DNA from: Alphaproteobacteria bacterium
GTDB lineage: Bacteria > Pseudomonadota > Alphaproteobacteria > CALKHQ01
Direction: 5' to 3'
Length of the DNA stretch: 64,000 nucleotides
NCBI GenBank assembly: GCA_965227515.1
Contig: CBDDFZ010000002.1
Coordinates: 1,056,001-1,120,000, forward strand
In this document: positions 21,138-30,342 of the stretch, piece after piece
Position numbering within the stretch: the first letter of the stretch is position 1
How the letters are laid out: every line of letters begins with the position of its first letter
Made by a program: the position numbers and the translations under genes
The notes under the pieces: model-generated
The model's database searches: none
The model's input: only the letters and a program-made list of their open reading frames with translations
Told to the model about the DNA's origin: nothing

Positions 21138-21992
21138 ATGGCCCGCTATTCCTCGACGACCACGCCTTCCGCCCTCAGCCCCGCTGCGCGGAGCCCCGGC
21201 ATCAAGCAGTGGTGGGAGGATATGTGGGAGGACAAGACCGAGTACGGCACCTCCGGCGACGACACCATCCAGACCTGGTACGGCGACGACATCGTCTACG
21301 GCTATGCCGGCAACGACAACATCAAGACCGGCGGCGGCAACGACTACGTCGAGGGCGGCCTCGGCAACGACACCATCGAACTCGGCGCCGGCACCGACTA
21401 TGCCGATGGCGGTGACGGCACCGACTTCATCTTCGGCGGTGCGGGCGACGATCATATCCTCGGTGGCTTCGGCAACGATCTCTGCTCCGGCGAGGACGGC
21501 GACGATTTTGTCTACACCGGCGGCGGCGACGACTGGGGCATGGGCGGCGCCGGCAATGACGAGGTCTGGGGCGGTGCCGGCAACGACTATGTGTATGGCG
21601 ACGAGGGCAACGACTATGTCCACGGTGGCAGTGGCAATGACGCCGTGTACGGTGGCGCCGGGCACGACACCTTGCTCGGCGGTTCCGGCAATGACGTGCT
21701 CCACGTCGGCAGTGGCAACGACACCGCCTACGGCAACGAAGGCAACGACCTGTTGATCGCCGGCGACGGCCTGAACGAGTTGTGGGGCGGCAGTGGCAGC
21801 GACACGTTTCTGGTCGGTGTCGGCGGCGACTGGCCGGACCTGGTGATGGATTTCTCGGCGGAGGACAAGGTCGGCGGCGCCTACCACCAGGTCATCGGCA
21901 ACCACACCTACATCTACGACAGCAGCGATACCGCCAGGCTGATCCTGGTCAACTACGACGCCGACCAGGATGGCCTGACCTGGTTCAGCTGA
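21138..21992 (+). CDS. RTX Ca-binding repeat protein
   Basis: Nearly the whole protein is GGxGNDxxx nonapeptides; AAGGAG SD. Confidence 0.9.
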   Translation: MARYSSTTTPSALSPAARSPGIKQWWEDMWEDKTEYGTSGDDTIQTWYGDDIVYGYAGNDNIKTGGGNDYVEGGLGNDTIELGAGTDYADGGDGTDFIFGGAGDDHILGGFGNDLCSGEDGDDFVYTGGGDDWGMGGAGNDEVWGGAGNDYVYGDEGNDYVHGGSGNDAVYGGAGHDTLLGGSGNDVLHVGSGNDTAYGNEGNDLLIAGDGLNELWGGSGSDTFLVGVGGDWPDLVMDFSAEDKVGGAYHQVIGNHTYIYDSSDTARLILVNYDADQDGLTWFS

Positions 21993-22006
21993 GCCCGGTC
22001 GAGACC

Positions 22007-23317
22007 CTACTCGGCAGCTTGAATCGCGCTACTTGCGGGTGTGGGCTCCGGCGGTCGTGTCGCTGCCATGCCCGCCGGCGCGCGGAAACGCATGAACGGC
22101 AGCCAGCGGCCGACCCAGCGGAAGATCGAGCGTTCCTCCATCGCCAGCGCGTAGGCGACGTAGTCGGGATCGGCCGACAGGTGCTTTTCCTCCACCTTGG
22201 CGCGGCCCAGGTAGATCGCGTTCACCATCGCCATGATTAAGGCGCCCTTCAGGCCCTCGACCGGGCCGGCCATCGACAGGAACGGCATGTTGACCAGCCA
22301 GAAGAAGATCGACTTGGAAACGTAGTCCGGGTGCTTGGTGAAGCGGTAGGGGCCGTTGGTGATGATGCCCCGATTGGTCAGGTTCGACCATCTGAGCCCG
22401 AAGATCATGGTCGCCCACAGCCAGATCGCGAAGCTGACCAGCAGCAGGCCCGCCCACGGCAGGCTAAGCGCCGGTGTGTCGGCGAACCAGTCGTACCAAT
22501 AGACGCCGTCGGTGTAGTCCAGGATCTCGCCGGTGATGACGCGGTTGAACGGCTCGTAGACCACCAGGGTCACCAGCCACGCCGCGAGCAGCGGGTTGGG
22601 CGAGCGAATGTGCGCGTCGAGCAGCCGGAAGGTGCAGAAATAGCCGACGCACACGATGGTCAGCTCCAGCAGCACGACGAAGCTGGTGATCCAGGTGACG
22701 ATGTCGACATGGCTGCCGTCCAGCAGGTCCAGGTTGGCATGCAGGCCGCGCACGTTCTTGGTCAGGTAGACGAACATGATCGGCAGGAAGAAGCCCTTGA
22801 TCCCCCACGACAGCAGGTGCTCGCGCAGCACCGGCCAGTCGATGCTGTCGAACCGGCCGCGTGTCATCTGGCCGACCAGCCAATAACCGTCATGCGGTTC
22901 CGCCATCCGCGCATCGACGAAGGCGATGTAGGGGATGGCGACGATCAGGATCGGCACCGCCAGCAACGCCACCACCAGGGCGGCGATGGACATATCCTCG
23001 ATGGTGTAGAGCCGGACCACCCAGTGAATGGCCGCCACCGCCGCCAGTGTGACCACTAGGCCCAGCAGCTTGGTCCAGACCCGCGGCCAGTTGGTGCCTT
23101 GGCTACCGGCCCGGGACCAGTCCAGTCCGGTGCTCGCGCGGCGATGGGTGCGCAACACTGTCAGCTCCAGCAACGCGATCGGCACCGCGTAGGCCAGCAT
23201 GCACGCGATGGCGCCGACCAGCGGGTTGGGGCCGACCACGGCCAAAACGCCGGCCGTCAGCGCGGCGGCGAGCAGGCCGATAGAATTGATCCATTGGCTG
23301 GTGACTGAGGTGGGCAT
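22007..23317 (-). CDS. Isoprenylcysteine carboxyl methyltransferase (ICMT)-family membrane protein
   Basis: Many TM helices; WSNLTNRGIITNGPYRFTKHPDYVSK and RAKVEEKHLSADPDYVAY. Confidence 0.85.
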   Translation of the reverse strand: MPTSVTSQWINSIGLLAAALTAGVLAVVGPNPLVGAIACMLAYAVPIALLELTVLRTHRRASTGLDWSRAGSQGTNWPRVWTKLLGLVVTLAAVAAIHWVVRLYTIEDMSIAALVVALLAVPILIVAIPYIAFVDARMAEPHDGYWLVGQMTRGRFDSIDWPVLREHLLSWGIKGFFLPIMFVYLTKNVRGLHANLDLLDGSHVDIVTWITSFVVLLELTIVCVGYFCTFRLLDAHIRSPNPLLAAWLVTLVVYEPFNRVITGEILDYTDGVYWYDWFADTPALSLPWAGLLLVSFAIWLWATMIFGLRWSNLTNRGIITNGPYRFTKHPDYVSKSIFFWLVNMPFLSMAGPVEGLKGALIMAMVNAIYLGRAKVEEKHLSADPDYVAYALAMEERSIFRWVGRWLPFMRFRAPAGMAATRPPEPTPASSAIQAAE

Positions 23318-23524
23318 GCCAGGCTCTCTTCCTGAGATTTGCTCGCCACCCGTATCACAAACATCTGTATGGAAGGTTGAGGCGGCTGGCCGGCACGCCG
23401 GCTACAAATGCCGCGCGCTCGCCAGGATTCGGCCATAAGATCGCGCCGGCCGCGTGCTCTGCTCCCTCATGCTGGGATGAGCAGCCCGGACACTTCTCAA
23501 AGTTGCGTGCGCAGGGAGGTTTCG

Positions 23525-26407
23525 ATGGTCACGGCCATGGTGAGATGGCTGGCGGTGCTGGTGTTTGCCGTCGGATGCGGCACCGCGGCCGCCCAGGACG
23601 CCACCAATCAGGACGATGGCAGGGGCGCCGACCATGCCGACGGTGTCGTTGGCTGGGACGACGGCGTGCGTGTCGCCCTGGTAATTGGCAACGGCGCCTA
23701 TCGCGCCATCGGTCCGCTGGCCAACCCCACCAACGATGCGGCGGCCGTCGCCGATGCGCTGCGCGAAACCGGGTTCCAGGTAGTGCAGGCCACAGACGTC
23801 GACTACGAGGGCATGCGCCAGGCGCTGCGCGAATTCAACGCCCTGCTGACGCCGGGCGCCACGGCGCTGTTCTACTATGCCGGCCACGGCATCCAGTACC
23901 AGGGCATCAACTACCTGTTGCCGGTGGGGGCCGAGCTGACCCGCGAGGCCGACCTGATCTTCGAGGGCTTCGACGCCAACACCGTGCTGTCGCTGATGGC
24001 CGATGCCGGCAGCCGGTTGAACATCGTGATCCTGGATGCTTGCCGCAACAACCCGTTCGTCACCGGGTCGCGCAACGTGCAGCGCGGGCTGGCGGAGATG
24101 AGCGTGGCGGGCGCCGAAACGGTGATCGCCTATGCCACCGCGCCGGGTCAGGTCGCCGCCGATGGCGTCGGCGCGCACAGCCCCTACACGGCAGCCTTGC
24201 TGCAGCACCTGGGCGAGCCGGGGCTGGAGATCGGCCGCCTGTTCCGCGAAGTGCGCCGCACGGTGCGCGAGTCCACCGGCGACCAGCAGATCCCCTGGGT
24301 GTCCAGCACGCTGGAGGGCGAGTTCTATTTCAACCCGCCCGATCCGGATGACGGCGTGGCGGAGATGTCCGATGAGGAACGGCTGTGGCGCGCCATTGCC
24401 GACAGCACCGATCCGGCCGACTTCGAGACCTATCTGGCCAGCTACCCCGAGGGGCTCTATGCGCAATTGGCCGAAAACCGGCTGGCGGCACTCGCCGATG
24501 CCGAGCCGCGGGTCCTCGCCGTGCTGGCCGACACCGGGCCGGTGCCGGTGGAGTTCCTGCTGCCCGCGTCGCGCGAAGGCGAGGCGGCGGAAGTGCGGAT
24601 CGACGCGGTGCCCCAGGGCGGGCGCCTTTCTCTTGACGACGCCACGTTGTGGCCGGGCGAGACCATCGACCTGGAAGGCTTCGGCCGGCTGGCGTTCACG
24701 CCCGACCCCGGCTTCAGCGGCGATGCCGGCCAGATGGCGTTCTCGGTGATCGGCCCCGAAGGCGTGCGGATGAACGGCCAGTTGAGTTTCCAGGTGGTGT
24801 CCGATCCCTGCGACGCCTTCTCCGGCGTGGCCAACTATCGGGCCGCTCTGTTGTGGGTGGAGAGCGACTTCGCCTACCAATGGCCGGAGTTCGACGCCAC
24901 CCAGGCGCTGGATGCCTGCTCGGCGGCGGTCGAGGCCTATCCCGAGGTTGCACGGTTCCAGTTCACGCTTGGCCGCGCCCGGTTCGAGCTGGCGTCGGCC
25001 ACGGGCGACTACGGCAACGCCGTCGACACGCTGGAGCAGGCGGTCGAGATCGGCTCCGGCGCCGCCGCCTACCAGCTTGGCGAGATGTACCGCTATGGCG
25101 TCGGCGCGGCGATTGATGCGGAGGCCGCGATTACCTGGTTCGAGCGGGCGATCGCGCTTGGCGAACGCCGGGCTGCGAGTTCGTTGGGCAACATCCTGCT
25201 CAACAATCCGCTTGTGGCCGATCCGACACGCGGGCTCGCGATGATCGAGGAGGCGGCCGAGGACGGCGAGCCCTATGCGCAGTTGGCGATGTTTCGGCTG
25301 TTCGACCTCGGCGAGCACGGCTTCCCGCAGGACCCGGGCCAGGCCATGCGCTGGTTCATCAAGGCGGCCAGTCACGGCGATGCCTCGCCGCCCGGCCTGT
25401 GGCACGACACCGACTGGATCCCGGAGGAGCATTGGGCGGCGGCCGTGCAACTGCTGCTGAACGAGCGCGGCTACGACGCCGGCCCGGCCGATGGCCAGCC
25501 GGGACCGCGCACTCTGGACGCGATCCGGGCGTTCCAGGCCGACATCGGGCTGCCGCCTTCCGGCGAGATCGACTATTTCCTGATGACCGCGCTGGGCCGC
25601 GACCGCCCGCTGCCCGGCGACACCATCCAGGACTGCGACGACTGTCCGGTGGTGCGCGTGCTGCCGGCGGGCCAATTCATGATGGGGCCGAACCCCGTGC
25701 CTGGACCCGATGAGCCGTCGATCTTCACCGATGCCGTGCCGGTGCACCAGGTCACCTTCACCGCCCCGTTCGCCATCGGCACCCACGAGGTGACCTTTGC
25801 CGAATACGATGCCTGCGTCGCCGACGGCGCGTGCGTGCACGTGCCCGACGACCATGGCTGGGGGCGCGGCGACCGTCCGGTGATCGACGTCAACTGGCAC
25901 GACGCCATGGCCTATGTGCACTGGCTGTCGGTGACGACAGGGCGCGACTACCGCCTGCCAAGCGAGGCGGAGTGGGAATATGCCGCGCGCGCCGGCCTCG
26001 TCGATGGCACCTATTGGGCCGATGGCGGCGATCCGTGCGGCTACCTGAACGGCGACGATGCCGCCGCCGCAGCCGAAACAGGCGAGGCGGTGGCGGACAC
26101 CGCCTTCTCGTGCGACGACGGCTATCCGTACACTGCGCCGGTCGGCAGCTTCACCGCCAACGCCTATGGCCTCTACGACATGCTGGGCAATGTTTGGGAG
26201 TGGCTGGCCGACTGCCAGCAATACACCTATATCGGCGCGCCCATCGACGGGTCGGCCTGGCAGGACGGCGACTGCGACCTGCGGGCCCAGCGCGGGCCGT
26301 CATTCGATTTCGGGCCGGTCATCATGAACCTGGCCTACCGCGCCGGCGCCGAAGCGGACAGCCGCCGTTGGGACGTCGGCTTCCGCGTCGCCCTGACGCT
26401 GGAGTAG
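23525..26407 (+). CDS. Secreted caspase-like peptidase C14 with Ig-like, Sel1/TPR, peptidoglycan-binding and FGE-sulfatase (SUMF1) domains
   Basis: RVALVIGN, YAGHG, LDACR; Sel1 repeats; GYDAGPADGQPGPRTLDAIRAFQ; YRLPSEAEWEYAAR, GLYDMLGNVWEW and GFRVA. Confidence 0.88.
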   Translation: MVTAMVRWLAVLVFAVGCGTAAAQDATNQDDGRGADHADGVVGWDDGVRVALVIGNGAYRAIGPLANPTNDAAAVADALRETGFQVVQATDVDYEGMRQALREFNALLTPGATALFYYAGHGIQYQGINYLLPVGAELTREADLIFEGFDANTVLSLMADAGSRLNIVILDACRNNPFVTGSRNVQRGLAEMSVAGAETVIAYATAPGQVAADGVGAHSPYTAALLQHLGEPGLEIGRLFREVRRTVRESTGDQQIPWVSSTLEGEFYFNPPDPDDGVAEMSDEERLWRAIADSTDPADFETYLASYPEGLYAQLAENRLAALADAEPRVLAVLADTGPVPVEFLLPASREGEAAEVRIDAVPQGGRLSLDDATLWPGETIDLEGFGRLAFTPDPGFSGDAGQMAFSVIGPEGVRMNGQLSFQVVSDPCDAFSGVANYRAALLWVESDFAYQWPEFDATQALDACSAAVEAYPEVARFQFTLGRARFELASATGDYGNAVDTLEQAVEIGSGAAAYQLGEMYRYGVGAAIDAEAAITWFERAIALGERRAASSLGNILLNNPLVADPTRGLAMIEEAAEDGEPYAQLAMFRLFDLGEHGFPQDPGQAMRWFIKAASHGDASPPGLWHDTDWIPEEHWAAAVQLLLNERGYDAGPADGQPGPRTLDAIRAFQADIGLPPSGEIDYFLMTALGRDRPLPGDTIQDCDDCPVVRVLPAGQFMMGPNPVPGPDEPSIFTDAVPVHQVTFTAPFAIGTHEVTFAEYDACVADGACVHVPDDHGWGRGDRPVIDVNWHDAMAYVHWLSVTTGRDYRLPSEAEWEYAARAGLVDGTYWADGGDPCGYLNGDDAAAAAETGEAVADTAFSCDDGYPYTAPVGSFTANAYGLYDMLGNVWEWLADCQQYTYIGAPIDGSAWQDGDCDLRAQRGPSFDFGPVIMNLAYRAGAEADSRRWDVGFRVALTLE

Positions 26408-26430
26408 CGAGGTCTCGCAACACCCTGAAT

Positions 26431-26605
26431 TGATGCCCTCGCCCTTGTGGCGAGGGCCCATCGCGATGCCCGGCTGGACACTTGCCAATTGGATAAGCCT
26501 GGTGGGGCCACGTCAAAAAGGCGCTTTCGCCGACCGGCATTGCGAACACGACCCGTCAAGCATCACCGGCACAAATGGGTCCTCGCGACAAGCGCGAGGG
26601 CGACG
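26431..26605. repeat. REP-like palindromic element (family A)
   Basis: TGATGCCCTCGCCCTTGTGGCGAGGGCCCAT ... ATGGGTCCTCGCGACAAGCGCGAGGGCGAC; similar to 31719-31848 and 57965-58143. Confidence 0.7.
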
Positions 26606-26708
26606 ATGGTTGGGGCGGCAGCGTTGAAGCGTACCGGGGTAATGCAGGCTGCCCGGTGTGATTCGTATGCGCTTGGCGATACGATGCCGCCTCGCGTGAC
26701 GACTCGGT

Positions 26709-27455
26709 ATGACGATGCAATCTGCGACTGCCCAACGACTTGAAGCGCCGCCGGCCGGTCGCCAAAACGACGGCAGTGCCATCGGCTTCCGCTTGAATGG
26801 CGCCGAGCTGCTGGCCGACCGTGCCGGCGTGCTGGTGTGGCCGGACGAGGCGACGCTGGTGGTGGCCGACCTGCACTTCGAGAAGGGGAGCGGGCTTGCC
26901 CGCAACGGCGCCCTGCTGCCGCCCTATGACACCGCCGCCACGCTCGACCGGCTGGACGCGGCGATCGCGGCCTGGGCACCGAAACGCGTGATCTGCCTGG
27001 GCGATTCGTTCCACGATGGGCACGCCGCCGGACGACTGGAAGACGAGGTGGCGGCGCGCATCCGCTCCATGACCGCCGCGCGCGAATGGGTGTGGATCAC
27101 CGGCAACCACGACCCGGCGCCGCCGACATTCCTGGGCGGTACGGCGCGTGAGGACTTGCGCCTCGGGCCGCTGGTCTTCCGCCACGAGGCGGTGCCCTCG
27201 GCCGGTGGCGGCGAGGTCAGCGGGCACTTCCATCCCAAGGCGCGGGTGGCGGTGCGCGGCGGCAGCCGCAGCGGCCGCTGTTTCGTGACCGATGGCCGGC
27301 GGCTGATCCTGCCCGCCTTTGGCGCCTACACCGGCGGGCTTGACGTGCTGGACCCGGCGATCGACAGCCTGCTTGCCGCCAAGCGCGTGGTATTCCTGCT
27401 CGGCAAATCGCGCATCCATGGCTTTCCTGCGCGCCATCTGCGGCCGATCTGGTAA
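26709..27455 (+). CDS. pdeM: Ligase-associated DNA damage response metallophosphoesterase/endonuclease
   Basis: ADLHFEKG, LPPYDT, LGDSFHD, GNHD, RHE, SGHFHP and LPAFGAYTGGL. Confidence 0.88.
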   Translation: MTMQSATAQRLEAPPAGRQNDGSAIGFRLNGAELLADRAGVLVWPDEATLVVADLHFEKGSGLARNGALLPPYDTAATLDRLDAAIAAWAPKRVICLGDSFHDGHAAGRLEDEVAARIRSMTAAREWVWITGNHDPAPPTFLGGTAREDLRLGPLVFRHEAVPSAGGGEVSGHFHPKARVAVRGGSRSGRCFVTDGRRLILPAFGAYTGGLDVLDPAIDSLLAAKRVVFLLGKSRIHGFPARHLRPIW

Positions 27456-27587
27456 GGTGGCTGCCATGATCGTCGAAGCATTCACCCCGAGAATGGCCGG
27501 AATGGCGGCATTCGGCCATTTCTCGTTTGACTCGGGCGACCCAACTTGGCTCAATCCAGCCGCTTAACACATCAAACGGGGGAAGGC

Positions 27588-28007
27588 ATGACCCGCACTT
27601 TGAAGACTCTCGGCAAGGCGACGGCATGCGCCGCCATCATCGCGGCGACCGGCCTCGCCACCCTGTCGCCGGCCAGCGCGCAGTTGTTGCGCCAGGATGA
27701 CGGCGCGGACGATGCCGCCACCTACTACTTCTCGCCTGGTGCCGCCATCGACCGCAACTTCATGTACGGCGTCAATCGCGCGACCGGCGAGGTGAAGGCG
27801 TGCTGGTTCGAGCCCGACAACAATGTCGGCCTGACCACCTGCGCGCAGACCGGCCCTGGCGCCGGCCCGCAGGGCAGCGGCATGTACCGGTTGGTGCCGT
27901 CGAACATGGAGAACGAGCCTGGCGTCTTCCGCGTCGACATGGAAAGCGGCGCCATTGCCATCTGCTACGTCGCCAGCGGCCAGGTCGTCTGCACGCCGTC
28001 GAGCTGA
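27588..28007 (+). CDS. Secreted hypothetical protein with an internal duplication
   Basis: Signal peptide; YGVNRATGEVKACWF and FRVDMESGAIAICYV. Confidence 0.75.
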   Translation: MTRTLKTLGKATACAAIIAATGLATLSPASAQLLRQDDGADDAATYYFSPGAAIDRNFMYGVNRATGEVKACWFEPDNNVGLTTCAQTGPGAGPQGSGMYRLVPSNMENEPGVFRVDMESGAIAICYVASGQVVCTPSS

Positions 28008-28090
28008 CGTGACGGGCGCTTGCGCGCCCGGATAGCACTGAATATGCGGCACGCCGTTCTGCGGCGTGCCGTTTTCGTTTAGGCCTGCCG

Positions 28091-28720
28091 GTGTCTCATT
28101 CGATCGATCCGCGCTTGACCAATACGTCGCCTGACGGCGACCCGGCGCTTGCCGCGGCGCTGAAGTCCGGGTGGCGGGCGCACGACCTGGTCTGGGAACG
28201 GCTGCAGGAAGCCGCGGCCGAGGCGCACACGGCCGGTGATGTTGAGGCCGCGTGTGCGCTGTGGCGCAGGGCGGGCAAGGTGGCGTTCTGGCGCTTCGGC
28301 CGGATCGATCCGCGCCGCGGCACCTCGTCGGCCAATCTCGGGTTTGCGCTCAGGGCCGAGGGGCGTGCGGCCGCCGCCCGCCGCGCCTACATGCGGGCCG
28401 ACCGGCTCTGGCGCCATGCGCCGGTCTGGATCGAGCGCCACATGAAGATCGAGGGGCGGGGGCGCAGCTCCCTGTTCCACCTGCGGATGGAAGCCCGCGA
28501 TCCCTCCCGGCATGTCGCCAATCTGCGCCTGCGCATGGCGCGGTTCGCCGAGGAGGCGGCGGACGTGCTGGCGGCTGCGGCCGAAGGTCGCCCGGCGCCG
28601 GTGCGCACGTTCGCGCGTTGGAAGGGCGAGAAGCCCTCCACCTACGACGACGGCCGCAAACTGGTCGCCGCCTGCCTGCTGATTGTAACATCGCCCCGTG
28701 ATGTCCCATCGGGGGAATGA
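28091..28720 (+). CDS. TPR-like hypothetical protein
   Basis: Helical Ala/Arg-rich protein with DPRRGTSSANL, RSSLFHLRME and RWKGEKP...DDGRK. Confidence 0.75.
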   Translation: MSHSIDPRLTNTSPDGDPALAAALKSGWRAHDLVWERLQEAAAEAHTAGDVEAACALWRRAGKVAFWRFGRIDPRRGTSSANLGFALRAEGRAAAARRAYMRADRLWRHAPVWIERHMKIEGRGRSSLFHLRMEARDPSRHVANLRLRMARFAEEAADVLAAAAEGRPAPVRTFARWKGEKPSTYDDGRKLVAACLLIVTSPRDVPSGE

Positions 28721-28930
28721 GCTCCAAATCGAATGCCTGAAAGAATAGTAACTAGGTATTTATGTAACAAGAGAGGGAAAAAAGAATTGGATCCGCACAA
28801 CCATAAATGGTTTGTTGACCCGTTATTCCCTATTTGGTTACTTAAATTCATCGTGAGGCGGTGACATTTGCTCAATAGCCATATAGGCTTTGCTCGTGCG
28901 CTGATGGGGAATGAGTGATAGCGCGCTTGC

Positions 28931-30196
28931 GTGAATGAACTGGCAGACCAATGGCCAGTCGTTGCTCCGGGGGTCGTTTGGCTTCCGGGCCCTCGCGAGG
29001 AAGCGCCGATGCAGATGCCCGACGACGAGCCGGGGCGCTTGTTGGAATTGCGTGAATTGGGGGTGTTGGATCGCCCCTATTCGGCGGGGTTTCAAGCACT
29101 TGTCGAACTGGCTTGCGAAACATTCGAAGTGCCGGTGGCACTGGCCTCTCTGGTCGATCACGATCGGCAGTGGTTCGCCGCATGCATGGGCCTTAGTGTC
29201 ACAGAGACGCCACGTGAATGTGCTTTCTGTCATCACGCGCTCTTCTCGCATGAGCTGCTGCTCGTCGAGGATGCACGACATGACGAACGCTTCGCGGAGA
29301 ACGAACTGGTTCTCAACGATCCTTTCATTCGCTTCTACGCGGGCGCGCCGCTGATACTGCCATCAGGGAGCGTTCTCGGCACATTCTGCATCATAGATCG
29401 AGAACCGCGCGCCTTGACCGCCGCAGAGACGGCGCGCCTGCGCCGGTTCGCGACTGTGGCGCGCGACCTGCTCTTGCTTTCGTCGGAGGGCCGCTCGTCT
29501 GTACGGGCCGAGCAGGACAGCGAGGGGCGCCTGATGGAGCGATTGGCCCACGATCTGCGAATCCCGATCACCAGCATCATGGGGTTTTCAGAACTGATCG
29601 AAAGCCAGACTTTCGGCGCGATTGGGTCGGCCAAGTATGCGGAATACATAAAGATTATCCGCGAATGCGGTGCGCATGCGGTGCAGATAATCGATGGGAT
29701 GTTGTCTGTCGCGAAAGCACAAGCCTTCATCGCCCATGATCAAGGTACAACCAACCTCTCCGACCTGGCCCGTACAATTGTGCAGTCGTTCTCGGGCCAT
29801 GTCGAAAATCGCAATCAAGTTCTGACATTGAGCGCGCCCGACATCGATGTAATGTGCGATGTTCCATCGCTCACCGTTCATAGAATATTGAATAATATTG
29901 TCTCGAATTCATGCAAATACGCGGGCGCCGGTGCGCTGATAGAAATGAAGGTTGAGCCGTCGTCTGCTGACAGGGCGTTTAGCGTGATCGTGACAGACAA
30001 CGGGGCGGGGCTGCCTGACGAAATCCTGGCGAAATTGGGCGCGCCCTACAACAGCGACATGTCGGACGGATCCATAGGCTTGGGCATCAGCAATGCCATC
30101 ACGCTGGCCGCTTCGGTGGGGTGCCGCTGCGAAATATCCAATCGGCCGTCGGGCGGAGTCCGGGCAGAGTTCTACAAGCCGTATTCGGTCGGTTAG
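28931..30196 (+). CDS. GAF sensor histidine kinase with a PleC/DivJ-like HisKA domain (start may be ATG 29009)
   Basis: GAF motifs (SLVDHDRQWF, FCHHA, IRFYAGAPL); H-box AHDLRIPITSIMGFSE; N-box NIVSNSCKY; DNGAG and GLG. Confidence 0.88.
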   Translation: MNELADQWPVVAPGVVWLPGPREEAPMQMPDDEPGRLLELRELGVLDRPYSAGFQALVELACETFEVPVALASLVDHDRQWFAACMGLSVTETPRECAFCHHALFSHELLLVEDARHDERFAENELVLNDPFIRFYAGAPLILPSGSVLGTFCIIDREPRALTAAETARLRRFATVARDLLLLSSEGRSSVRAEQDSEGRLMERLAHDLRIPITSIMGFSELIESQTFGAIGSAKYAEYIKIIRECGAHAVQIIDGMLSVAKAQAFIAHDQGTTNLSDLARTIVQSFSGHVENRNQVLTLSAPDIDVMCDVPSLTVHRILNNIVSNSCKYAGAGALIEMKVEPSSADRAFSVIVTDNGAGLPDEILAKLGAPYNSDMSDGSIGLGISNAITLAASVGCRCEISNRPSGGVRAEFYKPYSVG

Positions 30197-30342
30197 ACCC
30201 ATGTGCCGGTCGGCCGCCTTGTCCCGGCCGGTTGCGAGCCGGGGTCTCCGTTGGTCGTCGCGGCCGCGGATTGGTGCCTTGCGTGGTCCGAATTCAGCGT
30301 GCCACGATGATCGCCAATACTTCGGAATAGGGGACAAGTAAG

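Noticed and set aside
21240-21810. 27-bp periodic DNA repeats
   Set aside because: Fully explained by RTX nonapeptide coding.
25600-26700. Diversity-generating retroelement targeting the FGE/CLec domain
   Set aside because: No template-repeat copy of the 3' end and no reverse transcriptase in the window.
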